A stretch of 61,403 nucleotides of DNA, filler included, from Sluysia triapertura (GCA_046118255.1; 5 parts of 5 records of this genome joined end to end with filler, not necessarily neighbours in it), one strand, 5' to 3'. Counted from the whole stretch's first letter, positions 1 through 14,940 are shown. The notes: generated from the letters alone by a model not told the origin. Numbers and translations: made by a program.

Positions 1-2899
1 ATAAATAGCAAAATAAATAACATACTTTTAAAAGTTTTTCATAATTATATTACATAAATTAAAGTTCCAATATTTAGATATGCAGAATTAAAATAAAATA
101 TAAATATCAAAGTTCAGCTGTTGTCTTTCATAAATCAAAGGTCTTTCACAAATCAAAGTTTTTACAGAATGCTCTAGAATGTTCTAGAACATTGTATAAG
201 CTTCTGTTCCATTTTTAGAAGCTAATTTTCTTTTTCGAAAGTTTATTTTCTTTTTTGGAAAAATAAATATTTCTTGGTGATTTAGAAGCTTTGAAAGATT
301 TTTAAATGATTTTAGAGTTTTTAGTAGTATTTTACATACTTTAGAGGGTTGCGATGGCAACCTATCATACAATAGAATGCGTAGTTACAATGACTAACAG
401 ATGAAATCATCTATCCGGGTAAATGGAAAATTAAATAAATAATTAAAATTGATAATAAAGGCATTGTAAAAAGGTACGTACAAATCAGATCATATTTATA
501 CTAATTTTTCAGTTTCTCTCCGTGGCTTTATTATCAAATCGATTATAAATAAATATAAATTATGCACGACGATTAATTCAAACCAAATGATAAAACTAAT
601 AGAGAATTTGAATATTATTTGTGCAATCAAAGTTATGAAGTGATAAAAAAATTGGCAAAATTACTTTTGAATATAATGTATTACAATAGATGAAAAATTA
701 ATTTGGATTTCTCATGATATGAATGCAAATTTAAGGTTTAGCATTAATTTTGTGCAAACAAGGCACAGTTTTTCATCACGGTTAGAGTTAGATTATTTTA
801 AAAGAATAATAAATAAATGATAAATTTTTATTGGATTGTTAGTTCATTTTAATTGATAATACAATCGATATTAAAATTGATAATTATAAATTATGATTCA
901 AGAAATATGTAATAAAAAATTTGACACAAAGTTTAACACAAAATTTCAAATTATAAGTAAAGAATTATAATTATTTTATTTTATTATTTACAACAGCTTA
1001 TTTTTAATTAGATTTTTAAATTCATTTTCTAATGTTTTCTGAATTATCTAGATTAATTATTTCATTTTGCATGATGATAGTTATAAAAATAGAGTCTAGA
1101 TCAGATAATGATGTTTAACAATGAGTATATTGTTGTTTCGTCTAATCGTGTATAAGTACATTGCAGTATAGTACTACTCATACGTGTAATATGATACTCA
1201 GGATTACTCTATTATATAGCGAATTATTGATTTTAAATTAGTAATATTTTATTATGAAGTTAAGATTTATTTAAAATATTTCTAGTATAATTAACCTGAA
1301 AAACATTGTTTCATAATTGGATTTAAACAATTTAACTTTAACTTTACTTCTACCAAAAAAATACGCATACCATACGGATTCATTTGATCCGCAAAATGAT
1401 AAAGTTAATTTTTTCATTAAATATTTTATTTACATCATTACCTCAATTTTCATAACATAACTAGTGATATTTAAACATTAAATAGTTCTGAATGTTTCTA
1501 AGATCTCATTTCTTGATTTAATTTAAATGAATTATAATTTTTCATTCTTTCAAGCCCTAATTATTGTTTAAACTAATAAAATTATATCGTTATATAATAA
1601 TAATAATTATTATTTTTATAATTATAATTATTTGTGATGAAAATAATTCAGAAATGGATAAAATATTAAAATCAGATTCAAACAACCAAAATGAAATTGA
1701 AAATGAAAATGAATCATTTAAAAATTCAACATCAAAACAAACATTTCAAATTTCTAATGAAAATCAGACAGAACTTGAAGATTCATTTCAGAACTGTTGA
1801 TTTAAATACAAATATAGGAAATAATAAAAACTTAATATCAATAAAATATGTTACTGTTACAAGTAATGAAACACAAGTATTTAAATGTGAGTCTGTATTA
1901 TCGCAACAAATTACTGAATACAATCCAAATGATTTGGATTTGGATTTACAAGGATCAGATTACTTTTTCAATGATTATTTATATCATTAGTTAATAATTA
2001 ATAATTCTGTGTGATTTATGATAAAATTGAAACAGATTTTCTAAAAGTAAATCTAAATTATTTCCTAAGGTCAAGTTGAAAAATATTGCTTATTGCTAAT
2101 ATATTTAATGCCTTTATGATGAAGTTTCGTCTTCGAATTCATTTTATAAGTAATATTTTCAACAATTGTTGTGTTTTAGTTTTATATATTCTTAAAAAAA
2201 TAATTTTGAGCACGGTCCGACTTATGACAAATAGTTGAATTGATTTTTCTTAAATTAAGGGTCTAACCTTATCTTTCCTACGTTAAAATTATACTTCTAC
2301 ATGTTTTATTTAATTTATGCGGCAGTATTATATATTTGATGGAAAATCTATTTGATATTTCTAAATTTCTTATGCTTTCAACACTTAAACCTTTCACTGA
2401 TTCATAAAAATAATCACTCAACGCAACTATGAAGATGTATTAATTAAAATGAATAAAATTCACAAATCTGTTAGAATAATAAAGAAAAGTCAGAAAATAC
2501 AAATTTTAAAAGTAAAATCTTTTCCAGATATTTAATTTGATATATTTTATTTACAAATTTTTCTACTCATTAAATCGGAGTTCGAAACTTAAATCATTAA
2601 TTATAACAATCTTAATAATTAAATTAACTTACTAATTATAAAAAAATAGAAAATTTGTAATTAATACATATTTCCAAAAATCAAAATTGTAGTACTTAGA
2701 GTGGTATTAAAATTATAACTTAGAATTAAAGAGTGTCTTTATGATTCAACTGAATCTCATATTTATACTAGTAACTAACAAATCACAATCGACTATAATT
2801 GTCAAATTTTCCTATACAATTCCTTTTCAGGAAATAATTTTCTTTTTTGTACTTTTAAGATTTTAAAGAGTGTGAAGGACCCTAACAGTTACAACATTA

Positions 2900-3790
2900 A
2901 GATACTTTGGGTATAGATTAGTGTTAATATTCATAATTGTATAAGAATTATTTATTGTTATTTCATTTTTAATGAATTTTTAATATTATAATTAAAACTA
3001 TAATTTTTAGCAACGCTTTTATAGCTTTATATTACTTAAAATTATATTAAATTAATATTGAATAAGACTATTACAAAATTAAAAATTAACTACATTATTT
3101 TCGATTATAATGAACTTAAAATAAAGATTGGGAAAAACAGAAATCAAATATTATTGGACAAAAAAATAAATACGATATTCTCATTATTATTAGTACTATG
3201 TATAATTAATTATTTATTATAAACTTGCATATTATATGTAATTAATTATTAAACTATATATAAAATTAAATTAATGACGATAGGAATAATATTAGTAATA
3301 GTAATGATAATAATAATAATAGTAACGGTAAGAATAATAATATCTTTGACGAAAGCTCAATAAACTACTGCTAATAAAAAACAGTATATATATAAAACGC
3401 AGACAGTGAATGAAGGAGAGAATGATTATAGTTCATAAAAATATTGATTGCTGATTAAAAGTTCATAAAAAATCATTGATTTATTCAATACATACAAGAA
3501 AATAATCCATCCATTTTTCATTCGTTTGGATCATCAACGACATCATTATTTGAGATTATTAAGTTTAAGTTGGAAATATTGTTTCACAGTAAGTGGTTTA
3601 TTGTTTGTTTTTTGTCCAAAGACGTTATTTTTGGTATAGATTATTGTTATTATTTCTGTAGCCAAGAGCACGTGTTTCGTAATTATATAGGAATTATTTA
3701 TTGTTATTTAATTTTAATGAATTTTCAATATTCTTATAATTAAAACTCCAAATTTTAACAACACATTTGTAGCTATTTATTACTATTTAT
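2900..3790 (+). repeat. Dispersed direct repeat, two diverged ~140-160 bp copies (~2900-3040 and ~3625-3790)
   Basis: Both copies share ggtatagatta..., gaattatttattgtt..., ttttaatgaattttyaatatt..., ataattaaaact... in the same order. Confidence 0.6.
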
Positions 3791-4607
3791 TTAATCAGTA
3801 TGGTGGCTGATATTGTATAACAACATTTTCTAAAACTAAAGATGAATTTTCTACTAATATAATTATTTTCGTTTTATCAGTTATCAACTCTCTTAAGTTA
3901 AATATTTTACTATTCATCCAAAGTGATTTGTAATCTGGAGTCTACATAATTTTAAAACATATATTGAGGGTTTAATTATTTCAAAGTATGATTTATGTAA
4001 TATAGAACTACTATTCTTATTTATTCTAATAATCGCATTGTAGGATTTAAGACTACTCCTCTAACCTTGAAAGCCTTGTCACTACCGTTTTTTGTCTTTG
4101 TTAAAAGTTTTGATATTAAAGTTAAAGCCGGCTTAAGGCCTCACAAAACTAAATAATCATATTTTAATGAGGTAATTAACCCAATATGAAACAACAAATA
4201 AGAAATGGCAGTATCAAATTTATAACAAAAAGGAACATTTTAACTTCTATTCTATCATTTAATCTATCGTGAATAATGCTTGATTTAACAAAATTTAGTA
4301 CGACTAATTTATATTGAGATTCTGCTTGTTCTAATCGTTGAAATATTTCATTCTGTCCTTGTTCTCTATTACTTTTTGCATTATTAATTTTACATTTGTT
4401 TCTTCAGCTATGTACATCAAATTATATCCTTAATTGAAATAAATGTACTTAAGTTTTCGTCTCGGGCAATTAGGTTCATCATGAACACGTATACTTTGTT
4501 TCTCGTTAATAGATTGCCACCATTTTATATGAGCAAATAATGAAGATACAAGATGAACGAAGAAATAAACATTTTCCAACAATATTTGGAAATAATGATA
4601 TCAGAAG

Positions 4608-5273
4608 TGTAGTGGTCAACCCTTAATATAATTAAAATTTTATAAAAATAACCCTTAACGTTCTAATAGTCACATATCATCTTTCTACACCTATAGAACA
4701 ATTCATCTGACAAAGTTAAATCACATTCACAATCTTATTACTTATACATCACATTTACATCCAATAAATCTATCAAAAACATGTAACTCCCCATCCATAA
4801 CAACCAAATAATATCCACATTCGAAATTATCTACTTTATACCTTCGAATCAATTACAACACCTTAAATTCATCAATTGTCATTATATAATTAATAACAAA
4901 ACAAAATGCTAAACTATTCAAAAACAGTAAGTAAACAAATCACTTATAACATTGCACAATAATATTTCAAATATACCAAGAGTTATATTGTAGTTTACCT
5001 TTTCACATTTATTAAACCACAATCACGATCTTCCAATACTCAAATGTCGTTCTCAATCAAGAACTTAAATCACCAGTTAAGAATACATTCTAACATTCTC
5101 CATTTCATTAAACGACATACGACTACTATCATATCTTTAGACGTTAATCACACATATAAATTCATTTAAACTAGTCTACTCACAGATTTTAGTTTCAAAT
5201 ACATTTTAAATTTATCGCAACATGTTCAGAAAATATTAGAGTACTAAAAGCAAGCTCATGTAGAATTATTACA
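4608..5273. mobile_element. Solo LTR (666 bp) of an LTR retrotransposon
   Basis: Begins TGTAGTGG at 4608 and ends ATTATTACA at 5273 (TG...CA, short inverted termini TGTAGT/ATTACA). Flanked by an exact 5-bp TSD, AGAAG (4603-4607 and 5274-5278). Interior is C/A-skewed relative to the flanks. Confidence 0.8.
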
Positions 5274-5479
5274 AGAAGTTTATGCATTGTCTTTTAACAT
5301 TGGTAATAATAATAACAATATTGCCGTTGTTATTATTATTACCAATTTTATCATTATATTCATTATCATTATCAAGTTATATTTATTATTATTTTAGATA
5401 AAATTTTATTGACGCATTAAAAATTGTTTCTACTATTACCAGTATTGACAAATTGTTCATTACTGCCAACTATATTTAT

Positions 5480-7285
5480 GTCAAGACTGATGATGGCTAA
5501 TCATTCGCAATAATTGTTCCATTATAATTATAAAATGTGTCATTCATATTACTGGCCATCCAACCAGAATTAAATTCATTAAATTAATTAAACAATTCTG
5601 GTTGGATGACCAATCACTGGTCATCATCTGAAGAAAAGAATTTTAAAAAATTAAAAAATATCAATTACTTAAAAAGAAGTTCAACAAATATAAATTATTA
5701 TTGTCTGTCACAGTTATGCCCATAGCAATATTTATAATATGAAATTAAACTGTATACAAGAAAGAATTGTTAATGCAGACTTTCACAAGCAAATTGAATA
5801 CCACTCAATATCTCTATTTTGGTAAAATTAAATACAATTTATTTTCAGTTATAATTAATAACAATTATAAAGCATTATTTTCATGCTCAATCATCAAGAA
5901 TGTTATAAAGTTTATAATTGTATTAATTCTAATTTAATATCAAATTTTGGCGTATATTCGTTTATGTATTCTAATAATGAAATAGTTGATTCACTTGATA
6001 ATTATGAGTCTCTGTTGATGCTGTCTCCTATTTCTGATCTAGATGACTTAAAAAAATTAAAAATAAATTCTTGTATAATTATTGATTGTAGAATCCATTC
6101 AGCGGTGATCCAAAATTTTGAATGTAACAATTTTATAAACACAATGGAACCTATTTCTTTATGTCAATTTCCCGTGAAGTCTAGTTAATGTAATCGATCT
6201 AGTATTACGAATTGGAAATCGTACCCATTGAGTTACATTAGCAAATTAATGTCTATTCTGACTGAAAGGTTTAGTAAATGTATTTCAATTAAGGATAATA
6301 AACAATTTCTTTCATTTGTTCAGTAGTTTTGCCACCACGTACTGATGTTTTCAAATCATCTTATAATCATGAAACATGTCGTTTTCCAACTAACTTAGTT
6401 CGTACAGAAATAGTTCAAACAAAACGAAAGTTAAAGACTGCCAACTTATTTCAAAATGTTGATAATTGTTATAGTTATAAACCTGTACGTCTCGGCAACG
6501 AATTTTTAAAATTGCACTGTTTTGATTATGTTAAAGTAAATTCATTAGGTAGAGTTTTACATGCAGCATATGCAACACCAGTAATTACGTATATTTTCCT
6601 TCTTCAAGAATGTAAGGAGTTATTCAAAAGTCTGTGCAATAGGCAACATATAAAAAGACTTTCGTCTGTATATTTAGTAATCAACGATCTTGAAATCTTC
6701 TTACAACTGGATCATCAGTATGCTCAGAATTGTCTCAAAACACCAAATGATATCAAAAGAAGAAATAAGTCTAATGCTAAAGTTATGTGTTCACCTCTAC
6801 AATCTCGAAAGTCATACGAAAATTATCTATTTGATAAACATAATGAATTCAAGGGTCATAAACGATAAATTAAAAATATGACCCTTTTGGAGTGCAGCGG
6901 ATTGGGGTGCATCACAGGATACAGTATCAAATATAATAGTTTTTGTCTCTACATTTAATAAGTTTCGAATATACTTATACATTGTTTACTTTTTCATATA
7001 ATTTGGTTAAAGTTAAGTTATGTGGCATTTACCAAATCCATAACTGTCTGCACAAATCTTGATTGGGCGTCCAATAAAATAAGAAAAGATAACCTGTAAA
7101 AATATAATTGATTGGACATTCAAATCAATCAAAATTACAGTGCCAAACAATGACATGTGCACAAAAATGCATCATTTCGGTCAGCAACTGTCATCAGTCA
7201 ATAATTAACACGATATGCTGAGTTAACTTTAATTAAACTGTCGACTGGTGACACACCATGGAATAAAAATTGTTGCTGACCAAAA
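5480..7285. mobile_element. Putative foldback/TIR element with hairpin-rich ends around decayed ORFs
   Basis: 19-bp inverted repeat 5553-5571/5594-5612 (1 mismatch). GACTGATGA near 5486 is inverted to TCATCAGTC near 7192. GGTCAGCAAC (~7179) pairs with GTTGCTGACC (~7272). Internal + strand ORFs 5883-6188 and 6329-6868 have no recognisable motif. Confidence 0.35.
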
Positions 7286-7466
7286 TTAATAATTAAAATT
7301 AATGATTATGTTGATAATTTTATAATAATGCAAATGATAAGAATAACAATAATAATAAAAATGGCTAAAATAATAATAATTACAATAAATAAATAAAATT
7401 AAATAGTAATATTAACGTATATAAAGATATAAACAAAATGAAATGCATAAATTTTTACTTCTTTTA

Positions 7467-8103
7467 CGTGATTTCCAAAATTTCTTTACATCTAAATCTT
7501 TAAATTTCGTAAATTGTTCTATTTCTTAAAAATGAAATTTATAAATAAAATTCTTTTTTATTAGATGAATTCTTTTAGTTCTTGTTTATGGAGATAGTTC
7601 GTTTCTTTCTTTAGATGGTTTTGCATTATTAGATTTAATTCTTGTATTCTTGTAATATAGAAAGAATTGATAAAAGAATGCTTAAAGGAAATAATAGATA
7701 ACTAAAGATGTTAAAGAAATGTGATTTTGATTACAATGTTTTCAACTGATTTTGGAATATGATTTCAATGTTTTTCGCTGATGTTAATGGTTGAGCGTTG
7801 AAGGCTTGTGAACTAGCAATGTTTGGTATTAATTTTGACATGTATATTTGATAATTTGATATGTAAATTGTGATTCTAATGTTGTGAAATTGTGAATTAA
7901 AATGTTTTGAAAGAAATTTAAATGTACATTAATGGTTTTGAATGTAAGTATGATTTTAATGTTATAAGGTTGTGAAATTAAAATATTTTGAAATGAAAAA
8001 AGGTTTTAATGGATCTGAAAGGTAAAATGTAAGATGTTAATAATTGTAATATTTCATATAAAATAAAGATTTTTAATTTTGGATGAAAAGGTTAGCCATC
8101 ACA
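7467..8103 (-). mobile_element. Probable LTR fragment (reverse orientation)
   Basis: Right end GGTTAGCCATCACA is the reverse complement of TGTGATGGCTAACC, matching the TGTGATGG(C/T) LTR-type starts at 24883 and 26641. Interior is G/T-skewed. Left end and TSD not resolved. Confidence 0.4.
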
Positions 8104-11100
8104 AACCTATGTTGTTCTATGACATTTTATGAATTATAATATCATCAATGTTAATTTAAAGAATATTTTAAAAATAAGAATATTAACTAAAATATGATTT
8201 CTATTAACTTTTGAAATTCTAAATTTCCTTCTAAAAAATTACCAATATTATAATATTATAATTGCTATAAAGTAATTTTTTAGACTTTACTTTTTGTTCA
8301 ACTGACATATCTTCATATTATGAAATTCATTATATAATTTTGAAGTATGTATGAGATTGAATGTATTAATTGAATGTAAATTAACAATAAGATCAATAAC
8401 TTAGTTAAAAAAGAAATTTTCTTAAAGTTCCTCTTATTCTCTTATCAGGATGATTAGGATGAAACTATTTATGTATTTATAAATGTTAAATAAAATGTTT
8501 CTTGGGCCAACAGTGATGTAAAATTCTGATGAAAATTTCACAAATCCGTATCAAGTGGACTAACATGTGTTACCCGATAATGTTTATTACAGTTAAATAT
8601 GTTTTTATGCAGGAATATGGACTGTATACAAAACGCATAAAAATATGCCGAAACTTAGAAAGTAGCTTTAAAATATTTTGTATTGCAAAACAATCAAAAA
8701 AAGTCGCACAGAAACATGTTTGACTGTAGTATAGTGTTTACACTAAATAATTATATTTTGGCTGATCCATCATGGAAAGTTAATATGTCATAATTAATAA
8801 AAGAATATCTACCTATAATATTAATCTAACCCATTTTTGGTTTACCTAAATGCTTTGATTTGTATAATTATGTAGATGTAAATTCAATGAATAACTCATC
8901 ACCATCATTATTACTGGATTATTTATTAATGAATCGATTATGAAGATTAACTCTCTCATTTCTTGGATTTGAATTTTAAAACAATTTTGGTAATAATTCT
9001 GTTTTCTAAGTATGCACAATCTAAGTGTTAGTTTACATCAGTTAATATAAATTACAAATTTTGCAGAATTAGCATTATATTATTTGTCGTATGTGATGTG
9101 CAATCTCTCTATTATTTGGTATTCCTCGCTTATAAATACTTTCTAAATCAAATTCAGCTAATTTTGAAGATCATCTATTTAATTTGCATGCTTTTATATT
9201 TTATATTTTTGCTTTATATATTATATTGCTTCTTTAGAGTAACTACTTGCATCTGTATTTAAAATAAAAGACTCAGTGATATCAGGAAAGATTAAAATTG
9301 GTGCTCTTTTAATTGAACAAAAACTATATTTTTGTAATTCTGATCATTAAGTTTTACGTCCCTTTTATTTAATGCGTTATTTTAGCAAAGCGCTTAAAAT
9401 ATCTTCGATAGTTAGAAAGTCCTAGAAATCCTTGAACTTTATAACAGGAATTTAACAACTATCCAATGTTTTAGGATTCGGTTTTATTCCATTTTAGACA
9501 TTATATGTGTTTCATAATGTTATGCCGATTAATCACATATATAAGTACAAAGTAAAATAAAAATTAGTTAGATACATTAATTAAGTAATACTCGCTTGTC
9601 TTCGTATACCAGATGGTGCCTTTGCTGTTTGGATGGTGTTATAGTTCAATTGGTTGAATGAAATGATTCTCTTCCCATTTCGCCGAGATACATTTTTCTA
9701 CTTACTCTATCGTAATTCCATTTGTTTGCTATTTGTTCCTTTGAGTTTTGATTTTTCGATGATATTGTAAAAATTTAGTTGATATTTATAAGTTATAAAT
9801 ATCTGAATATGCTAAACGGACACTATAAACATCAGGTAATAACTCAACTTTATAGTTTATTAACTTTATGTGATTTAAATTCTAAAGCTTCGTCTATGCA
9901 ATGTAAATCAAGATTTAAAAATTATTATTTTTAATGTAAACTTCTCTTGCTAAAAAATTTCAAATGTTATAAGTATAGGTATGTGTTTATTTTTAAAGGA
10001 ACTCTTACTTTCTATTATTAGTTTCGTTAAAATTATGAGAATTTGTTTTTTGGAAAATAAATAAAACTTTATATATTTTTATTTATGTGTTTCTATTAAG
10101 GGCTTACTTAACTTAAGGGCCGACGCTAGCCTTTAAAGAAAATGCAAATAATGGAGGTATAAAAGAATGTCTAATCTCGATTGTAGTTCTGCTCTAATGC
10201 TAGTAAAGCTACTTTCTTAATTTAGATATGTTCTAACATGATTCTTTAAGTTTATTCTAATCTAGCCTAATTTAGTGATTTATGGTTAACTTTTAAGTTC
10301 TTAAATCCAAGGATTAAGACACATTATTTAATTCGCACTCTTAGAGTTTAATGGAATTTTTTGTTGATATGATGTTACACAAAATTTTTATTAGAATTAT
10401 TGTTTTAAAATCTCTTATTCCTTGTTTAACAATAAAGGAAGATCAACTTGTTAATTTATATTAATTATGTAAATCACAGTAAAATTAGCAATTACACAAC
10501 CCAACAATAATATGAAACATTAAAAAAAATTTGAGCATTTTTAAAGTCTGAAAACAATGATAATAAAAATATTTTGTTAAAAATGATTATTATTTAATGA
10601 TAATAATTTTCTTACAAAAATTTGAATAAGTAATTAAATTTTACATGTATGTTATGAAATAATTTAAAACCATGTACTTATTAATCTTAATATACACTAA
10701 CGTTACAGGAATTTATAATCGTATCCTTTAAATCAATTTACAACAAATTCTTCTTTGATAAGTTGAAAAATAAATTCTTTAAGAAACAAATTCTTCTTTA
10801 AAAAACTTTAAAATTTTAAAAACAAATTCTTTATAATACTGTGTGGTAATTATGCGCTATTTATATCTTTTCAGCTTTTTTGACACACTCATTTACGAAG
10901 AATTAATAGTTATGTAGGTGACAATATGGTTTGAATAATAGCATAATAATAGTAATAATAATATAATTTTTAACGTTCACAATTTAATAATGATAATTAA
11001 AATAAAATATTATTAGTAATTTGATGATAATAATAATAATAAAATAATATTTTAATATTAATAATTAATAATGAAATACTAAAATAATAATAAAATAATG

Positions 11101-12114
11101 TTAAAATACTAAAATAATAATATTACAATATTACAATACAACCTTTTTCTCTAAATATTTCCAAATATTACACAAATATTACATTATATTACTAAATAAT
11201 ACATTGATTCATATTAACATAAATCACTTTAATATTTTACATAATGCATTAATTTATATTTACATTTATTTAATATTATACAAAACTTATATACTGTATA
11301 GCTAAAAATAATAATATATGCTTTTCTTGATTGAACTCTTAATCTCTGGTAGGAGTCGAAATTCTGATTGATAGTTAGAAAATAATAGTGTGCTTTTGAT
11401 TTATCAAGATTTTAAAAGGCTGATTGAATGTCGATGTAATCATCTTTAATAAAACCTGTATTAATATATTATTTACAAAGTTATCTGCGTCTACGTGCTT
11501 TGTAACATTTCAACAATAGGAATATAAATAAAATTCAACATTACGCACTAATTCTAATGTTATTTTATTATTTTTCACGAAATTATTAAATTGAACTATT
11601 TTTAATTAAATTAATTAATTAATGTATTTTTATATATTAACAACTAAAACCTTACAAAGGGTTCTTTCTTTTATTTTGTTTTAATATTTCATGCATTTAC
11701 TCCACTAACATAATGTTTTATCTTAATTCCTCAAAAATACTTACTTTATTTTACAGTAGAAGTTATAACCTTCATGTCTACTTCAGCTTTAACCAAACCC
11801 AACATTATTATTATTAGTTTCAAACTTTACAAAATAACATTTTAGAAAGTAACAATAATATCACAATTAAACCCATACAAGCGGACTTTATTCATATACA
11901 ATGCAACTTGTCTCATAAATTTACCATTTACATTTCGAGTATTTTATAATTTTTCAAAATTAACTATACAAAAATAATGATAATTATCAATTTGTCCAAT
12001 AACCAAAAAGTTACAATTTTTTTATCATTAATATTACCTTCAAACACAAATCAACAATTTATTTATCATCATCAGTCACAAACAATAATTGAATTCTACC
12101 GAAACACGTTTGCA

Positions 12115-12249
12115 ATCTCCTGTCCGAAACATGGCAAAAGGCATTGGACCAAATGAAGAATATATAATTTAATGAAATATTTGTGCACTCTGAAAAAATC
12201 GTGTTTCATTTTCACCACAAAAAACGAAATTACTTTCCGAACAACCCAA
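12115..12249 (+). mobile_element. Mariner transposon 3' end relic
   Basis: Reads LSETWQKALDQ/NEEYII* (one frameshift), like the mariner transposase C-terminus LPERWQKVIxQNGxYI. Followed by the TIR-like GAAATTACTTTCCGAACAACCCAA ending at 12249. Confidence 0.7.
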
Positions 12250-14308
12250 CATTTTTTATATTAAATTTATAATTATCAATAAATCTAGTATAATTAAAAA
12301 CGGTAAGAAATTATTAACTCACAACCATTGGATTTAATTTCGACATACATTAATATAGCTAGAATGGATAAATAAACCAAGGATTGTCATTATTATCCTG
12401 TACGTTGACTACTGTAAATGTTTTGTGTAATTTTTTGTATCAGTAAAAAATCACCAGATAAGTTTGTAATTGTGGAATATCTCGATAATGTAACGAAAAA
12501 TTCCAATACATCAACTAACTATCTAATTCTGCCTAGGTATCTAATATTTCATCAATATTATCTTAAAATAATTATATTATCTTCATCAATCTTAAAATTA
12601 CTTACATAGTCATGCTCTTTCACTACAAATTATTTTATAATTTCATCTCTGAACCCTATTGGATTTTTATTTTCCTTAATTGATATTTTGTTTTAAAATT
12701 GCAGAGGATTGTATAAACTTTATAAAATTTTCCTCGATAGCATCTAAATTCCAAGTCTACCAAAATTGGAAATTCTGCTATTGATTTCTTGGACTTTTTG
12801 AAATAATTCAAATTATTTTGATGTCCATTTTTCTACTTTTTCGCACTAAAAATACAAAATAAAATCTTATGAATGAACATATATAGAATTCCTTGAAATA
12901 ACTGAAATTCATATTGATAAAATAGATTTGAAATAAAATTTAATGACAAAATCAAAAGTCATTAAACATTTATTTAAACATAAAATATAATACGCAAAAT
13001 GATAAAATGCACGACAAGAACAACAAAGATTTTACTTTGGTTATTTTTCAAATTGTAATGAAAGCAATTGATATCGGTGTGTCTGCAACTCGCTAACTAT
13101 ATAAATAAATATAAATTATTTATCAAATTCTGGATTGCAACTATGAATTTGAATTATTTACCGGATTAAGATGTTATAAGGCACAACCTATTATTTGTCA
13201 TTGTAAAGTAACTGTGATTGTACTAAAAATACCATAAACTATAAAGATACAGTTAATCAAATCATTTCTGACCTAACCAGTAAAATCGAGGACGGTCCAG
13301 CATAAATTCGTGGAAATACTTAAAAACATGACATCATGAATTTTGGACATAGAATTCTCTACAATTAAAATAAAATCTTATTTTAATTTTGTACTTGGAT
13401 TTTAGTAAATATATTTAGTAAATAATTAAAGTATTTTTTAATTAAAGTAAAATTATTAAAGATAATTTTTATGAAAATTACGTATAAAATATGATTTACC
13501 TCCAGTATTCTTTTTCGTAATTCTATTGAGTCCTTTTTGAATGCGTTTAGAGTTTATTTATTTATTTAGGAAGAATTAGAAAATATTCCCTTATTGGACG
13601 ATAGAGCATTATTTCAAAGATTTACTACTGTTCACCTTAAACTTTTATTTAGTCCTTCAACTCAGGAAAACGAAGTAATACTACAAATACAAATAATTAA
13701 ATTGTGCGACATCAACATTTTGCCCATTGAGAATTTTGCACAATTGAAAGTGTTAGTATATTTTTTAGATATTCTTTCTTTATATTGTTCATCTTAAAAT
13801 AATTTCATTTAGTTTATTTTCTATTATTTATTTTAAAAACTTATTTCAATGCTCTTCTTTAAACAGAATATAAATTAAAATTTGATATTTATGTAATAAT
13901 AATGCATCCACATTATTAATTACTTTATTTTCCTTGTTAGGTTCTACTCCTAGTACTGTTAGTACTGATGATAATAATAATAATATAAAAAATTTGCTAG
14001 GCTAGCATTATTAGACATTTTTATGATGTGATGTCAGCTAAATAAACAACTGAATTAAAACTCAATAATCAACGATAGTTTAGTGTGCTTACAGAATTAA
14101 AGTCCAAAATAAAAATTTTGCAATAAGAATTATAATCATGACAGAGCAGTTGTTAATAATGTCTGCGCTAAATAACTATCAACCTTCCTCGAGGATGGGG
14201 GTAACTGGTTTATTGTACCCGCGTAGTTCGTATTTTATTATGGATTGGTTAGACTAATATGTTAAATTTGGTTTATTGGATTAGAATGAATATTACTTGG
14301 TATTTGGT

Positions 14309-14408
14309 NNNNNNNNNNNNNNNNNNNNNNNNNNNNNNNNNNNNNNNNNNNNTTAATTAATTAANNNNNNNNNNNNNNNNNNNNNNNNNNNNNNNNNNNN
14401 NNNNNNNN
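14309..14408. other. Artificial contig-joining linker
   Basis: 44 N + TTAATTAATTAA (stop codons in all six frames) + 44 N = 100 bp; occurs four times identically. Confidence 0.97.
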
Positions 14409-14537
14409 TTAAATTGTACATTATTTAATTGCTTCTGAAATGTAGCGTAATTGGCTTCAGAGAGACAATTCGTTGTAAAAATTGTTGCCTGCATTGGAGG
14501 AAAAGAAAATTATTAAATAGAATGCTTAATATTTAAC

Positions 14538-14836
14538 CTTCAGTACTTTATCACAATGTCCAACAAATTCTTGATAATCGCCATTTTGAGTTAAAGGAAA
14601 TTTAAGTGATCTCACTGTGCCAGTATTAGTACCACAAAATAATATTCTACCGGAATTAGATAAAGAAACCGTTGTCAATTCGACATCGATATTCGAAATT
14701 TCACGAACAATTTGTGAACTGGAAATTTCTTTTAAGCTTTTATCTGAGCCAACAGCGAATGTAGTTTTACTGTCTTGTGTGACCGTGATTCCAGTATAAC
14801 TACATGCTTTGTTAACTGCTTCTTCTGTTCTCAGAC
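14538..14836 (-). CDS. CFAP57: CFAP57/WDR65 internal exon (4th visible)
   Basis: AG acceptor 14837-14838, GT donor 14536-14537. Encodes GLRTEEAVNKACSYTGITVTQDSKTTFAVGSDKSLKEI...SGRILFCGTNTGTVRSLKFPL...GHCDKVLK, collinear with CFAP57 WD40 repeats. Phase matches the upstream exon. Missed by the ORF track. Confidence 0.9.
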
Positions 14837-14940
14837 CTGTTCGATTTAAGATAAATATAAAATAAATAAAATGAAATTAATGTCACTCACACACACACAC
14901 ACACTTGTCCAACCTTGCCATTAAAAAATTCAGGAGCATT

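Noticed and set aside
1564-1990. Overlapping N/E-rich ORFs
   Set aside because: Low complexity with no recognisable domain; expected by chance or from TE decay in AT-rich DNA
12680-12850. Possible gypsy RT-RNase H connection relic (KWTSK*FELFQK..IAEFPIL)
   Set aside because: Too short and degenerate to call
14353-14364. Recurrent TTAATTAATTAA palindrome as a biological repeat or CRISPR-like unit
   Set aside because: Always centred in exactly 44+44 Ns; it is an assembly spacer
14617-14799. Plus-strand 60-aa ORF
   Set aside because: Antisense shadow of a CFAP57 exon
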